Shown: piece after piece, positions 1-12,758 of the stretch
Layout of the letters: each line of letters begins with the position of its first letter
Position numbering within the stretch: the stretch's first letter is position 1
Assembly: GCA_001179505.1 (NCBI GenBank)
Contig: CDMY01000850.1
Span: 62,001 to 126,000, forward strand
Origin: Vitrella brassicaformis CCMP3155
Taxonomy: Eukaryota; Protista; Chromerida
Direction: 5' to 3'
DNA length: 64,000 nt
Position numbers and translations under genes: made by a program
Notes under the pieces: generated by a model
What the model was told of the DNA's origin: nothing
Databases searched by the model: none
What the model saw: the letters and a program-made list of their open reading frames with translations, nothing else

Positions 1-37
1 GAACCCTGATCGCTGACAACTCCAAGTGTTACTCCAG

Positions 38-2556
38 CATGAGTGTGAAGCTGATCCGTCCGGCAGGAGCGTAGAGGGGCCAAGATGGGCAACAACCACA
101 CTGCGGACCGCCACGGTGCCGTTATCGACGACCACACACTCGACTTCCTCCACAAAGCCGACAGAGATGCCCTCCACACGTATGCAAACCACACACGAAT
201 CAGTGAGGGAGGGGGAGTGGCAGTTGACAGCTGTGTGTGTGTTTGGGTGTGTTGTGCCATCTGTGTATGTGTGCAGCCGGTCGGAGGTCGGCAGCCTCAG
301 AGTCACGGCCCGTTTCCTCTATGAAGTCGACTTCTCGGCCGCCGTCCTGAGCAGTCGACTCAATCGCTGCCTGGCGGCCAAGGGACTGCACGCCATCATC
401 GCATTCGACGGTCAGCTGGACCGCCCTCTGCTGCTGAAGGCCATCTGGCTGGTGGACACACAGCAGTGGACCGAGGTGGCCAATGCGCTGAAGTTGGCGA
501 GGCAGAGGGGCTTCTGTCAGCTGCCCATCACACTCTCTGTGGCCGACCTGGAGCGACACGGTAGCAAACAGGTGGGCAGATGAGCGTGGGGCGGGGTAGG
601 TGGCACTCATCGATCTGTCTGTCTGTCTGTGTAGGCGTATTTGGCCGATGTGCGTGTGATTGCGTTGTGGAACATGCTCGGCCGGCACGTCGACTTCGGC
701 GGTGACTACGGCCGTTTTGAGCTGTTCGACCAGCCGGGCGGCGGTGTGCGTGCCCTCAAGGACGAGCCGGGCTTCGAGCTGGACATCAACCCGCCCCTCC
801 CCCCCGCCCACCCGTACCACACACACATCATCAACGACAACCCCCCCGTCAGATGCACAATCCGCCGGCAGGGGGGCAGCAGCTGGACGGCCGATGGTGA
901 GGAGATCACTAATGCCTCGGCGTCGGCGTTCATCATGAGGAGCATCTTGGCGGACCCTCCACTGGCCAATTTGGGCATGACTCAATTGGTTTGGGTGGAT
1001 CGGTACGCAGGGCAGACCACACTCAGGCAGACACACATCCATCCATCCATCCATCAGGGCCTCTCCCCTCTGTTATGTGTTGGTCTCCTCAGGCGTGCTC
1101 ACGGCGGTATGCTGGACGGCCTCCTCAACCAGTCGCCCCACCAGCCCCCAACGGATGCACCGCCGTCGTGGCGAGCAGGGGTGACGGCGTGGATCCTCCT
1201 ATGGAGACTCGGCGGCTGCTGCTGACGCCGTTCGACGGCCCATTCGTCGCGTGTGTCACTCTCATCACCTGGGCCGGCACGACCATGGGTAAGAAAGGGA
1301 ACAGAGTTGTTTTGCTGATTGAGCCGTTTTCTGACGTGTGCTGTGTCGCTGAAGGAGTGGGTGTTGCTGTTGTCACCCACGAGCCGCCAGTAGGTGATGC
1401 ATCGGCTGCCTTCAAGGACCGCCGTCCGGCCACCGCCCCTCTGGTGGGCGGCGCGCTGGGCAGCACCATCGCAGACATGGTGGTCAACCAACAGGAGACA
1501 GTCGCTGATGCGGGTGAATGTGCAGTCGCCGCCTCCACCTCGGTGTGTCTGTCGGATGAATCGGCGTGTGTGTGGTTCGCAGATGAGGGTGCGGGTGGCG
1601 ACGATGGCGATGGTGGTGAGGGTAAGTGGTCTGTGTGCGGTGCCCAGCCCGCCTTGCTAGGTGTCATACTCGTGTGTATGTGTGTGTGTGCAGAGGATGA
1701 TGATGACAGTGACGATGACGGCGACAGCGATGAGGGTGAGTGGAATACATGTGTTTGTGTGTGTGTGGTTGGGCCCATTTGTATGTTTGCGTGTCTTGAG
1801 TGCGCAGATGTAGATGGCGACATCGACGGAGAGGGCAATGGCGATGGCCGCCAGCAGCAGCAGCAGCATCAGCATGATGAAGAGGGTGAGATGGGGAAAG
1901 GGGATGACCTAGATCAGAGCAACATACACGCACTCATTGTGTGCGTCATGGCCATCTTTGATGTATGCAGGTTGATCGACTGCGACACTGGTCGGTGGGG
2001 TAGGTGGTGGACGGATGGATGGATGGAGGATGGACAGGAGGCCGGGCGTAGCGTATGCAATGCACACAGCCAGCTCAGCTGCCTCATATGACATGATGCC
2101 GATCGAATCCATGCGGTTTTGCAGCGGACAGACAGACAGACGTGCATGCAATGCATTCATTGATGTGTCCATGCGTTCTTGACGGTGAAGCTAAGCTGCT
2201 TTCTTTCCGTTTGTTCTTCGTGTCCACAGACACACACACCAACCAATGCCACGGCACAGAACCTCGGCACGCACACGCAAAGCAGACAGACAGACAGCCA
2301 CATCACCTCCCTCACCACAAAGCCCATCCCATCCACCAACTAGAGCCATCCTACCACACTCTCTGTCCACCTACCCCTCTGTCTACGGCTTGCATCGTCA
2401 CCCCCGCCCCTCACCCTCCCCTGTCTGCTGCTGCTCCTCCTCCTCCGTCATGGCGAAGCTGCTCACCCTGGCCTCCTGCTGCTCGTTCCCCCCCGCCGCA
2501 CTCTGAAGCGTCCGTTGCCCATCGGTAACAACGAGATCAGTGCATCTGATTCACCT
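38..2556 (+). repeat. ~2.5 kb segmental duplicate (gene, introns and 3' flank), inverted relative to ~25495-27990
   Basis: Colinear match on the opposite strand from catgagtgtgaagctgatccg (38) through introns and 3' flank to ..gagatcagtgcatctgattcacctaattgcc (~2556). Confidence 0.9.
85..1975 (+). pseudogene. Unrecognised multi-copy family gene, copy 1 (about 9 exons, acidic mini-exon tail); one apparent -1 frameshift in exon 4
   Basis: Spliced model: exon 1 85-179 MGNNHTADRH..DALHT; exon 2 277-571 RSEVGSLRV..ERHGSKQ; exon 3 from 635 AYLADVRVIALW..; then RAHGGMLDGLLNQSPHQP / GCTAVV..RLLLTPFDGPFVA; then VGVAVVTHEPPVGDASAAFKDRRP; then D/E-rich mini-exons ending g|gt TGA at 1973-1975. The C5 run at 1145-1149 is one base short of the frame needed to match the paralogues. 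Confidence 0.7.
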
Positions 2557-4278
2557 AATTGCCTGAGTCAGTCGTGGACACGATAGAGTGACTTTTCGGG
2601 AGACTTTTTGTGTATCTCTTAAGCTGTTTCTCTATGTATGTATGTGTGTGTGTGTGTGTGTATGTGTGTCTTACTCTGTGTGTGTGACTGTGTTTGCGCT
2701 TGTTGGTTGTGTGAGATCATGTGTGTCGTGTGTCTGTCTGTTGTGCACCCGACGCGTGCAGCCGCCGTGTTTGTGTCTGTCTGTCTGTCTGTCTCTCTGT
2801 CTATCCACATGGCGTGTGTATGTTGATAGACATAGGATACGTGCGTGCGTGATACTTGAAGCATGTGAGCGGCACAGGGGCTGGCGCTGCAGGGGGGCGG
2901 GGAGGGGGAGGGGGAGACGGGTGGGTGTCTGACCAGACGGAGTGCGGCGCGTGTGTGGGCTGGCCTCTTTAACCATCCACGTATCTCACTCACAAGTGGG
3001 TGATTCTCTCATGGTCGGCGGCTGGTGTGTCTCAGTCATATCGTACATAGCCGTCCGTCCGTCCACAAATGTCTGTCATCCCGCACCAACACACACCCAT
3101 CACCGACGCGCCCACGTATGCACGCACAACCGCACCCAAGCAGCCCAAGCACGCGCACCCTTCACATCATCAGCCACGCACGGACAGTCACACAAGCCCG
3201 AGAGGGAGGGACCTTCTCTGTCTCATCTTCGCATCATTTGGTCTCGCACGTGAAAGAGAGTATCGTCAGCCTGCCTCTAACTTACCACATGTCACTTGTC
3301 TGTGTGTGTGTGTGTGTGTCTGTGTGTGTCTGTGTGCTGTGTTGGGAGTGTGGTGTGTTGTCGCACTTGATGCAGCCCTCATAACATACATACATACATA
3401 CATCACATTGGCTGCACTTGCACTGCACCCATCACTTATCCACCCACACCACGACGCACGCACGCGCCCAGCCAGCCCACCACACGATGCTCAATCCATC
3501 AAAACGCCGAGCGGGCCCCCAGGGGCCCCCACCTCCCAGCGCCAGCGCCACATCACCGCTCCTCGCTTCCACACGCCAGGGGCGTGGTCATGGACAAAGA
3601 AGGAAAAGACAGTAATGGCCTGACTGTGGTGGGAGGTGGGTGGTGTAGAGACGAAGTCGAACCAACCACACACACAACCAAAAGAAAAACTTCGCATCAC
3701 GACATCCTGTCTGTCTGTCTGTCTGTAAGTGAGAGTACCATCAACCAGCCAACCAGCCAACCACCCGGCCCCTATCGTACCAGGCCATGTGTAGGTCTGT
3801 GTAAGTGTGTGTGTGTGTGTTTGTGTTTGTGTTGGTCTGGTCCCTATGACGACAAAAGCGATGTCGGTCTCCCACCATGATGCCCGTGAATTCCGTCCCG
3901 CGCCCGCTGGTAGAGCTAAGATGACCGAGTGAGTGAGTGAGTGAGTGAGTGAGAGAATGCACGCCCACACGCCCACTATGAGAGAGAATGGGTATAGGCT
4001 CCCACTGATTCAGACTATATCTCGCACCACCGGCCAGGCAGACCTTCACTCACACCATCGCATCGCATCGCATCACATCACCACATCAGCAGCAGCAGCA
4101 GCGGAACGGGTAGCCAAGCCGACGGACGGACGGACAGTCAGACAGACAGCTGCACACATAACATACCCATGACGACACCGCACAAGCATCCACACGACCG
4201 TCGTGCATCTGCTGGTGGTCTCTTCCAGGTGGCGGCTTACTTCAGTGTATGTATGTGTGTGTGTGGTTTGTGTGGGTA

Positions 4279-4582
4279 TCAGTCGTAGAGAAAGGCCCCG
4301 AGGGAGAAGAAACCTGGCTGCTTCCACTTGGCGGCCAGGGCGTCGTGCTTCCCCTGTGTGAATCCACCAAACACACACACAGGCCTGTGTGTCCGTGCGT
4401 GTGTGTGTATGTCTGCCTGTCTCTGTGTGTGTGTGCAGAGGTCAGCCCTGCATGAAGCGTACCACGGCCCTTTCGGGTCGGCAAAACGATCGCAGCACGT
4501 CGGCCATTCGCTGGGCGCACTCGAAGAACAACCAGTTTTTCTTCTTCTCAATCCCAGTCACCGCAGCCAATGTGTCAGGCTG

Positions 4583-4613
<31 letters not shown>

Positions 4614-6390
4614 ATACACATACACACGCGTGTCCGCCAATGAGTACATAATGGTTGGCTGCCTGGGGGCCCACATACATACATAAATACATACCCAGCT
4701 GTTTTCGCCCTCTCGGGGCATGCCGGCGCCTGTCAGGAACGTCTTGCGGGTCATGTACACGGCAGCGGCCTGATCACAGCAGCAGCCACACACACACAGA
4801 GAGAGATGAGGTCAGCCACGCACACACACATACACAAAGAGTGATCTGAGAAGGGAGCCTTGTGGGTGTGTCATGCTTTGGTCTGTCTGTGTGTCTTTCT
4901 GTCTGTCTGTCTGTCTGTGTGCACTGACCGCCATCAGGCTGGCCTTGTACTTGCAGAAAGTGTAGTCCGTCAACGCCAGCTCCTGCACTCATACATACAC
5001 ACCCAATACACATACGAACGACGCCGACACTCAGAGCTGATGAGGTGTGTGCTTACCAGGACGAAGTGGACGAACGCGTGCTCCCGGGAGTTCGTGGCTA
5101 TGCCGCCCGCCGTGGCGAAGCGGTCCGCAAACGCACACACGGTCGTGTCCGGCAAATCCATACTGACCGTCCTGCATCGCATCGCCACCGCACACACAGT
5201 ACGTACACACGTGTGCGTGAGGTGAGTGTTTGCATTGAATGTCGTCGGCCCACCGACCCCACCCACGTACGTCAGGATGTGGGTCTCGAGTTTGAGTATG
5301 TGGGCGACGCTGTAGGTGCCGTCTCGCAGCGGCGACTGGTTGATGAGGCCCGCCAGGTCGGCCGCCTTCACCGGCTTCTTGTCCACAAACTTGGACGCTA
5401 TCGACACACACGCGTACCCGACCTGCAGAGTACCAACACACACAGACACACACAGACAGAGGGAGGGGGAGAGGGGGAGGTCAGTGTGCTGTGTCTTGTC
5501 TGTGTGGTCCCATCATATCATGTGTGTGTGCATTGGGTGCGTACTTACCGCCACCAGGTTGTGGCGCATGAGGTCGTTCCTGTTCTCCCTCTCCTCCCAC
5601 ACTGCACACCACCACACCAGAGCACAGCACAGTACAGCACCCACACAGGAGGGAGACCCACGTCGGTCGGTATACAGACAGACACGTGTGTGCCCTCTCT
5701 CTCTGTCTCTGTGCGCCTGCGCTCACCGTTGAGGGCGCAGTAGTCGAAGAGCCGCACCGCCACGTGCAGTCCCTCCCGCGTCACTCCCAGGCCACTGCAG
5801 GCGCTTACCATGCCGTCGACCGCAAAGCCGCGGACCTCCTTGAAGGCGTCGCCACACTCCCGCAGGAAAGCCTCCGACACCTCGTACTTGTCCTGCACAC
5901 CGCAGCCACACACAGCAGCAGCAGTGACTCTCAGTGCCTCGAAGGGTGTGGTGCATGTCGTTGGCTTGGCTGCTCTGCTTACATTGGCCTTGAGGGCCGC
6001 TATTTTGGAGGCCAAAGCAGCATTCTGCTGCACTGTCTTCTGGGTGCTCCTGCGGCTCTTGGTGGAAGAATAGGGCTGGCTGCGCCCTGTGGTGCGTTTC
6101 TTTCCCGTCTGCAATGGCCACACATACAGACACACAGTGCACTGAGAGAAGCTGCCGGTGCGCGCGGCTTCTGCATGCACACCCTGCACCGCACCCCCTG
6201 CACACCTGTTTCGGCATCAGCGAGACGAATGGACGACAGACAGACCGGCTCACGGCCTCCGGTGCAGAGCACTATCGAAAGAACGAAGTCGAAGCTCAGT
6301 CGACGACAACGACAGGCAGGCGCTTCTTCTCGCAGCACTGAGCTTGAAGACAGTTTCACGCAATGTCCTAAGCGGCCCCACGGCCAACAT
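4279..6390 (-). CDS. Cyclin (cyclin-box N and C domains), multi-exon; 5' end uncertain
   Basis: Exons read EVRGFAVDGMVSACSGLGVTREGLHVAVRLFDY; GYACVSIASKFVD..YSVAHILKLETHILT; TVSMDLPDTTVCAFADRF; ELALTDYTFCKYKASLMA; AAAVYMTR. This follows the cyclin helix pattern, including the conserved ASK lysine and LE glutamate. Confidence 0.85.
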
Positions 6391-6426
6391 TGTAGACGCT
6401 TTTTCCCTTCCCTCCCTTCCCTCTCG

Positions 6427-6914
6427 ATGACGGCCGAGACGGATTTCTCCGACGGTTTCTATCGCAAGGAGTGGGACTGGCTACTGGTCTCCTTGAGCTT
6501 CGTGCAGGCGTGCATGGGCTCGTTCACTACAATAGAGTGAGCGGCATAATCGTGCTGGTGCTGCGCTGTGTGGGGTGCATCTGTGTGTGGTTGCAGGAGC
6601 ATCATTGAGACCGTCCATGCGCCATCCATCCGGTTTTTCTTTCGGTGGGCTGCCCAAGGCGCAGTTGCACTGGGGCTCGTGACGGTGTGGGGCATGCACT
6701 TTATCGGTGAGGGTGCACTGACAGAAAGGCTGCTGGTCAGGCATCTGTCTCTGCCTCTGTGTTGTGTGTTGTTATGCCCCCAACAGGGATGCAGGCCCTG
6801 ATATTGCGCGATACGCAAAAGGGAGACCAGGAGATAGATACCAGCCACACGTCGTTCGAGACGTTCACATCTCCTATCTGTGCCACTCTCGGCTGCCTAC
6901 TCGGTGAGCACACC

Positions 6915-6951
<37 letters not shown>

Positions 6952-9030
6952 GGGGAGAGATAGAGAGAGGACCACTCACTCCATCTTCGATCTCTGTTGT
7001 CATCTTACGCAGGCGTCTTGATAGGTAGAAGGCACGCCTGCAAAGAATCCGCCGGTCCATCTGCCGTCAACCTCTCCTGTGCCTGCATGGATCTCGCAGC
7101 ATCATACAATTTTGCATATGCGCACCCCCTGAACCGCACCGGCCGCAAGGAGGCCTGGGCCAACGAAGTCATCGATGCGCTCGAGAAGATCACCCATGTA
7201 TGTTATGTGAGCAAGAGACACATGCATGACACAAGCACTGGACCACGTCTTTTACTCTGTGTGAGGATCAGGGCAGCATCCTTGCCTGTTTTATCGAGAA
7301 GGAGGAGAAAAGGATGAAGCGCAAGGAGGACAGACGGAAGAAGAAACGAGCTTCACATTCCCGCAGCAAGCGCCTCTCTATCAGTGACCGGAAGGTAACT
7401 TGGACCAGATCAGCATCTTTGTATGCATCGATCCATGTCACACGTGTATGCGTGTGCAGGTCCTAAGCAGCTGGACGATCAAGTCGTTGTCTGAGTCGGG
7501 CAAGTGCCATCCCCTGGAGCTCTCCAGTGCCACGGAAGACACGGAAGGGGACAAACACGAAGCCGACCAGAGCCCCGGAGACACCGATGGGGAAATCAGG
7601 ATAGACGACGCCCCACATATTGTGCTGAGCTCACCGAGGGAAGACGCGCCACCCCCACCAGCACAAGGTCGCGAAGGAGACGCCAAAGGACTAACTTCCC
7701 TGCAGCCGCCTTCTGCAAGTTCTGAGGACGGAGAAGGAACATGGGGGCCATCAGAGCTCACCGACATGGAGGAAGAGAGAGAGGGCCTGCTTCAGGAAGA
7801 CGCGGCCGACGAAACAAGAGGCGCGGCAGCGACTGTCGTGCTTGATCAGGCGACGCACACCGGCTCCGCGGCCAACCGGGTGCTTCTGCCGTCCCCCGGT
7901 CCATCCACCGAGACAGCCCACAGACGAGCCCACGGCAGCCAGAAGGACGCACGCACAAAAGCTCGCGAGAGACTCGCCTCCACCCTCGACGTGCCGGCAC
8001 TCCATTTTCTTATCTTCACATCCGACTTCAGCGAAGAGGACAGCAACGACGCCACGAGTGTGGCGTCACGGTCGACGGCGAGCAACCCGATGATACAGAC
8101 CAGGATCATCGACACCAGCGAGGCAACTGTGGAGCAGCGAGCGCCTTCCCGGCGGACCATGAGAAGATGGTCTTTCGGCGGTTGGGAGGGCAATGCTGAG
8201 CGGTTTCGGCGGTGTTTCAACTGGGAGGCCATCAGAAGGGAGCTGTTTTCGTATTCTATGGTGCACATTCTGGTGGGGGCAGCGGTGATAGCCCTGGGAG
8301 TGGCGGGTGAGGAAGGAGTAGTAAACATGGATTGCGCTGTGTGTGTGTGTGTGTGTATGTGTGTGTGTACCTATGTCTCTTTCGGCTCAGGTATGCACTC
8401 GATGAGTGTATCTGGCGGGGTGTTCGCCGGCCACCACGTCTACGATATCCCACTGTGTACGCTCGGTCGCGAGCGGCCGTCAATGAAACACACCGGCGTC
8501 TCTCTGTCTCTCACTATATATGTGTTTGTGCGCACTACTCCCCCCCTGGCAGATGCCTTCAGCTGTGCGATTGCGTATTTTGTGGGCGTGTTGACTCTGC
8601 TGATCTTGCTGTATGGCAAGGGTTCCCGCGGTGTGCTCGTGGTGGCCCCCCTCATGCTGGCCATGAGTGTGTGCATCGTCCATTACTTGGGAATCACCTC
8701 AACTCACTACAGGAAAGGAGAGGTACGTTCCCATCTGTCTGTCTGTCTGTGTCTCGATGTGTCTGTCTGTTTGTGTGTTGCAGCCGAGACCGTTTATGAT
8801 AAGAGACGACAAAGTGCTGCGGTGGTCAAAGGTGGAAATGGCGCTTGTCACGACCCTCCTGACGCAGTCGGTCAACTACGTCATGCAGCTCTTCATCTCA
8901 CTGGTGCGCAGAAGTCGGCAGAAGAAGACCTTCCAGATGCTCAAGGTCATCCTCGGCGCTGAGCGGTAGGGCCGGCCACAGGTGCAGCAAGCGAGCGGTC
9001 CAGAAATTTCAATCTCTGCTTGTTGGTTTT

Positions 9031-9067
<37 letters not shown>

Positions 9068-9229
9068 CTGTGTCTGTGCAGTTCTCGTGATAGGAACATC
9101 GTGTCGCCGTCTGGCAACGTGTCCTTCACGCCCCACAGCGACCGCTCGCTGCCCCTCCCGCCGTCCCTCCATATCTCTGACCTGCCCTCAGAAAAGAACG
9201 AAGCCGTGCACGACGAGCTGGAAAGCTAG
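6427..9229 (+). CDS. MHYT-domain integral membrane sensor with a large cytoplasmic insertion, about 10 exons
   Basis: EWDWLLVSLSFVQACMGSFT, then ALGLVTVWGMHFIGMQAL (repeat 1), AAVIALGVAGMHSMSVSGGVFAGHHVYDIPL (repeat 2) and LMLAMSVCIVHYLGITST (repeat 3). GT-AG phases are compatible; stop at 9227-9229. Confidence 0.8.
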
Positions 9230-11863
9230 GTTTTCCCCCTGTATGGCCAGCCGCTGTGTGTATGGCAAGCCGCTGTGTGTGTCGCGGTTTGTCCGGTCCG
9301 GTGCGTGCGGTGCTGGGTTCGTTTCGGTGGGGCGTGCATTGCACTGCATTCATTTGCTCGTTTGTGTAGCTGGCCAGGGTGCGCGTCTCGTACTCGTATA
9401 TATCGCATCCATATATATATATATCATTCCATTCCATGCCATGCAGCACATGAGTGTCATTCATTTATTGATCCATCTGTTCGATCGTCATCGATCCCGA
9501 GTGAGGGGGTCGGCCCGGCCAGTCAGTCAGTCAGTCAGGGAGTGAGTGAGTCTATGTACCTACCTGCTGCAGCTCAGCTGCGTTGGTTCATTGTCGTCAT
9601 GTCCCTCATGTTTACACCCATCAGTAGCATTCCATTCATTCATTCAGCGAGAGTCATTCACGTCATTCACGTCACGTAGGTATAGTAGCTAGCTAGAAGT
9701 GTCGGTCAGGAGTTCTCTCGTGCGCTTTTTGTAGGCACGGCTAGACTACCCATCACACACACACACACATTGCACCGTGAGTGGGCGGATGGTGACCACA
9801 CCTGAATACCTGCTGTCTGTCTGTCTGTCTGCTGTAGGCAGGCGGCTAGATCTGACTGTGCTGTGCTTTCTCTTGTCCCCGTTTTGTCTTCCCCCATTGC
9901 TTGCTGCTCTGGTTCGCTCTGTGCGTGCCGCGCGCGCCGTTCGGCATAGTGAGAAGTAGGAGAAGTGCAGTGACTCAAAATGATCGTCGATGCATCCTTT
10001 GCCCCACTGCAATGCCAGACGGCACGCAGAATACCAATACCCCCCGTTGCCTCCCCTCTCTCATCCTTTTCCCCCCATCCCCCCATCTCTCTCTCTCTCT
10101 CTCTCCCTCTCTCGTCTCGCCTTCCATGATCCATTGCCCCGCCACGGACGCCATCTTATGTCACCATTCGTGTGACCATCCATGCATGTGTGCGTGTCGG
10201 TCTGTCGGTCAGTCTGTCTGTCTGTCTGGGAAAACACCCCATCACATCACATCACATACATCCCAGCAAGTGGTCGGTCATCAATCCAATCCAGCGCCAT
10301 ATATAAAATAAAGACGCATGCACACACGCACCGCACACGTACGACGGACACGCAGCGAGGAAGGAACACGCACACGCACGGACAGGCAGACAGGCAGCGA
10401 GTGCTTGATAAAAAGCCTGCACATGGACATGCACCTTCGGATGGACGGCATGATGATGACCGAGAAAGAAAGAAAGAGAGCGAATCGGCGGGGCTTGTTT
10501 GTGTATGTAGGATTAGCAAACGCGTATTAGACACGCGAGAGAGAGAGAGAATAACGCCTGAAGGCTTGATCCTCGTCAAACACGAGACACACACACACAC
10601 ACACACAGAGAGCGAGGGAGAGAGAGATCCATTGATAGAGATTCAGAAGAAGCGAGAGCGAGTTGGTCAGAGAGAGGTCAGAAGAGGCCAGTCGGCGACT
10701 CAGTCAGTCAAACGGTCAGAGCGTACACTTTGTGTGTGAGCCAATCAGCCAATCCAGCAATCGGCCAGCCAGTGTGCAACCTGTGCAACAGACAGACAGC
10801 CGCGATGCCGACAAATCATACAAACATACCACAAAAAATGATAGACAATCCATCCACCCACCCATCACCACACCAGCACTAGACGGCTTACTAACCTTCA
10901 TCAGCCACATCTTCCCCACAAGAGAGAGCGAGAGAGAGCGTGCGAGAGAGAGAGACAGAGAGAGAGAAAGTCATTCCAGCCGAGAAAGAGAGCGTGCAAA
11001 CACTCATCCAGTTGGTATACACGTGTGCATAGCATACACGCAGAAAACCGGCACCGCCACCCCTCCCCCCTCCCACCCCACCCGCCATGCCCTCGGGATG
11101 GGATGCGTGCACTGCACGCATTCATTCAGTCAGTCAGTCATGCATGCATGCATCAAGCCATTGCCATCGTCAATGCATGTATTGCGGTCTGTGTGGATGT
11201 GATGTATGCAGCATAGATTGTATTGTGTGTGTTGGTATGCAGGCATGCAGGTACGCATTGATTAGTGGCGCCGCGCCGACTCGACAGAGCAAACAGCGCG
11301 GGCAGCCAGGCATGCACCACACACGGGGGGTGGGGTGAGGTTGAGTGGGTGGATGGATGGGTGAATAGAGGGAGGGAGGGGGGCAGGGGGGCATATACGA
11401 AAGGAGGTCCCCTGCCCCCCTCAGTGCCATGCATGTCCTACCTACCTCTGTACAATACACACACGGCACGGCACGCATGCCAACCAACCGTCCGTCCGTC
11501 CGTCCGTCCATCGCCACACCGACGCACACACAGCGCACCGCGCGACACGTACACAAATGAATGCACGTCGCGTGCTCGCAACAGCTGCCACCAGACGCAC
11601 ACACAGAAAGAGAGCGCTCGCAAGCCTTGTATCACTGGATTGCTTCAGAGATCGATCAAAACAGGCCAGGAGGAGACTCACTGGCCCGATGACAGATTCA
11701 CATACATGACACAGCAAACAAAGAACACACGCAGCTCGCTGACTGACTGACTGACCGGCTTGAGAGACCACCGAGAACACCACCACAAGACACCCACCAT
11801 CCCACAAACCCTCCCTCCCCACCCAGCCCCTCTCCTCCCCTCCCCTGCCCCAGCCGGCTTCAT
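9230..11863. repeat. Long tail-to-tail intergenic region rich in simple repeats (CA, GA, GACA, CATC, CAGT); similar tracts at 2.6-4.2, 30.7-32.2 and 46.3-48.4 kb
   Basis: Visible di- and tetranucleotide arrays; no convincing spliced ORF. Confidence 0.7.
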
Positions 11864-12554
11864 TCACGCAGCGGCCCGGACGTCGCTGGCGGCCTGCTCA
11901 GCTGGCTTGTGTGGCCCGTCCGCCTCGTGTGCGGTCCGCACGGGGATCATCGGGACTGACGCTGGCGATGTGCCCCCTGCCGACCGCACCGACCCGCCGC
12001 CCCACCTCTTGTCACACAAACCAGTCGTCAAGTTGCACACTGATCGATCACACACACACACAGCACAGCAGGTGTGACGGGGATAGGATAACAGGCAGTC
12101 GGTGCAGGTGTGCATCCATCCGCCCGTGCGTACCAGGGAAGTCTGGCGGGCAGCACCGCTGCGTGGGCGTTGGGCCTCTTGAAAGAGGGGGGGGCTCAGG
12201 GCAACACACTGCACCGCCAATCGGACAGCTGCAGCAACCAACAACCACAAAGCAGTGTCCGCTGACTGACGGTGTCCTGCCTGTCTGTTGTGGCCCCGCT
12301 CACCATGACCACTTCTGCGTCTTTTGTGACTGGCAGCAGGTCTCGTCATCGGTGCACCACTGCCCGCTCCCCCCGCACTCGATAATGAACGGATTCGCAA
12401 GCTGCTCAGCGACGGGACTCTCCCCTGTGTCCGTGCTCCGATCTGTGGCCTGGTGGTCAGCTGCTGCTGCTGCTGCCGCGGGCATGGCCGTACTTCCGTC
12501 GAGTGTGAGGCCTATCACGAGCAGCGCAGCAACGATGAGGATGCCCGTGGCCAT
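11864..12554 (-). CDS. Secreted protein with one 12-Cys granulin/epithelin module, 3 exons (12554-12304, 12228-12134, 12039-11864)
   Basis: Signal-like start MATGILIVAALLVIGLTLDGSTA. Spliced core: CGGSGQWCTDDETCCQSQKTQKWSCCPIGGAVCCPEPPPLSRGPTPTQRCCPPDFPVCNLTTGLC. Confidence 0.85.
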
Positions 12555-12758
12555 CGGGAGGCAGGGAGGGGGAGAGGGATGAGGCGCACACCGAGACAGA
12601 ATGAAGCGAGATCAGTCTGCGGGACGATGCACGGTTGATGAGGGCTCAATGCGCTGGTCTTGATGAGGTCGATGAAATGTCAGCTTGTCCTCTCCGAGCT
12701 GAGCTCGCGGCATATTTGAGCTCGCACAGATTTGCTGAGCCATCTGGCGTTTTTGAGG

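Noticed and set aside
2420-2560. Short ORFs in the cassette 3' flank (MAKLLTLASCC.. on +; MGNGRFRVRR.. on -)
   Set aside because: Under 20 codons before a stop, and conserved only because the whole segment is duplicated.
2588-4200. Many 60-185 aa ORFs rich in CV/HT/TDRQ
   Set aside because: These are translations of (GT)n, (CA)n and (GACA)n microsatellites. I could not build a phase-consistent spliced gene, though a small minus-strand gene cannot be excluded.
9700-11800. Scattered exon-like fragments on the minus strand, and at 31100-31300
   Set aside because: No coherent start, phase or homology; probably UTR or intergenic.
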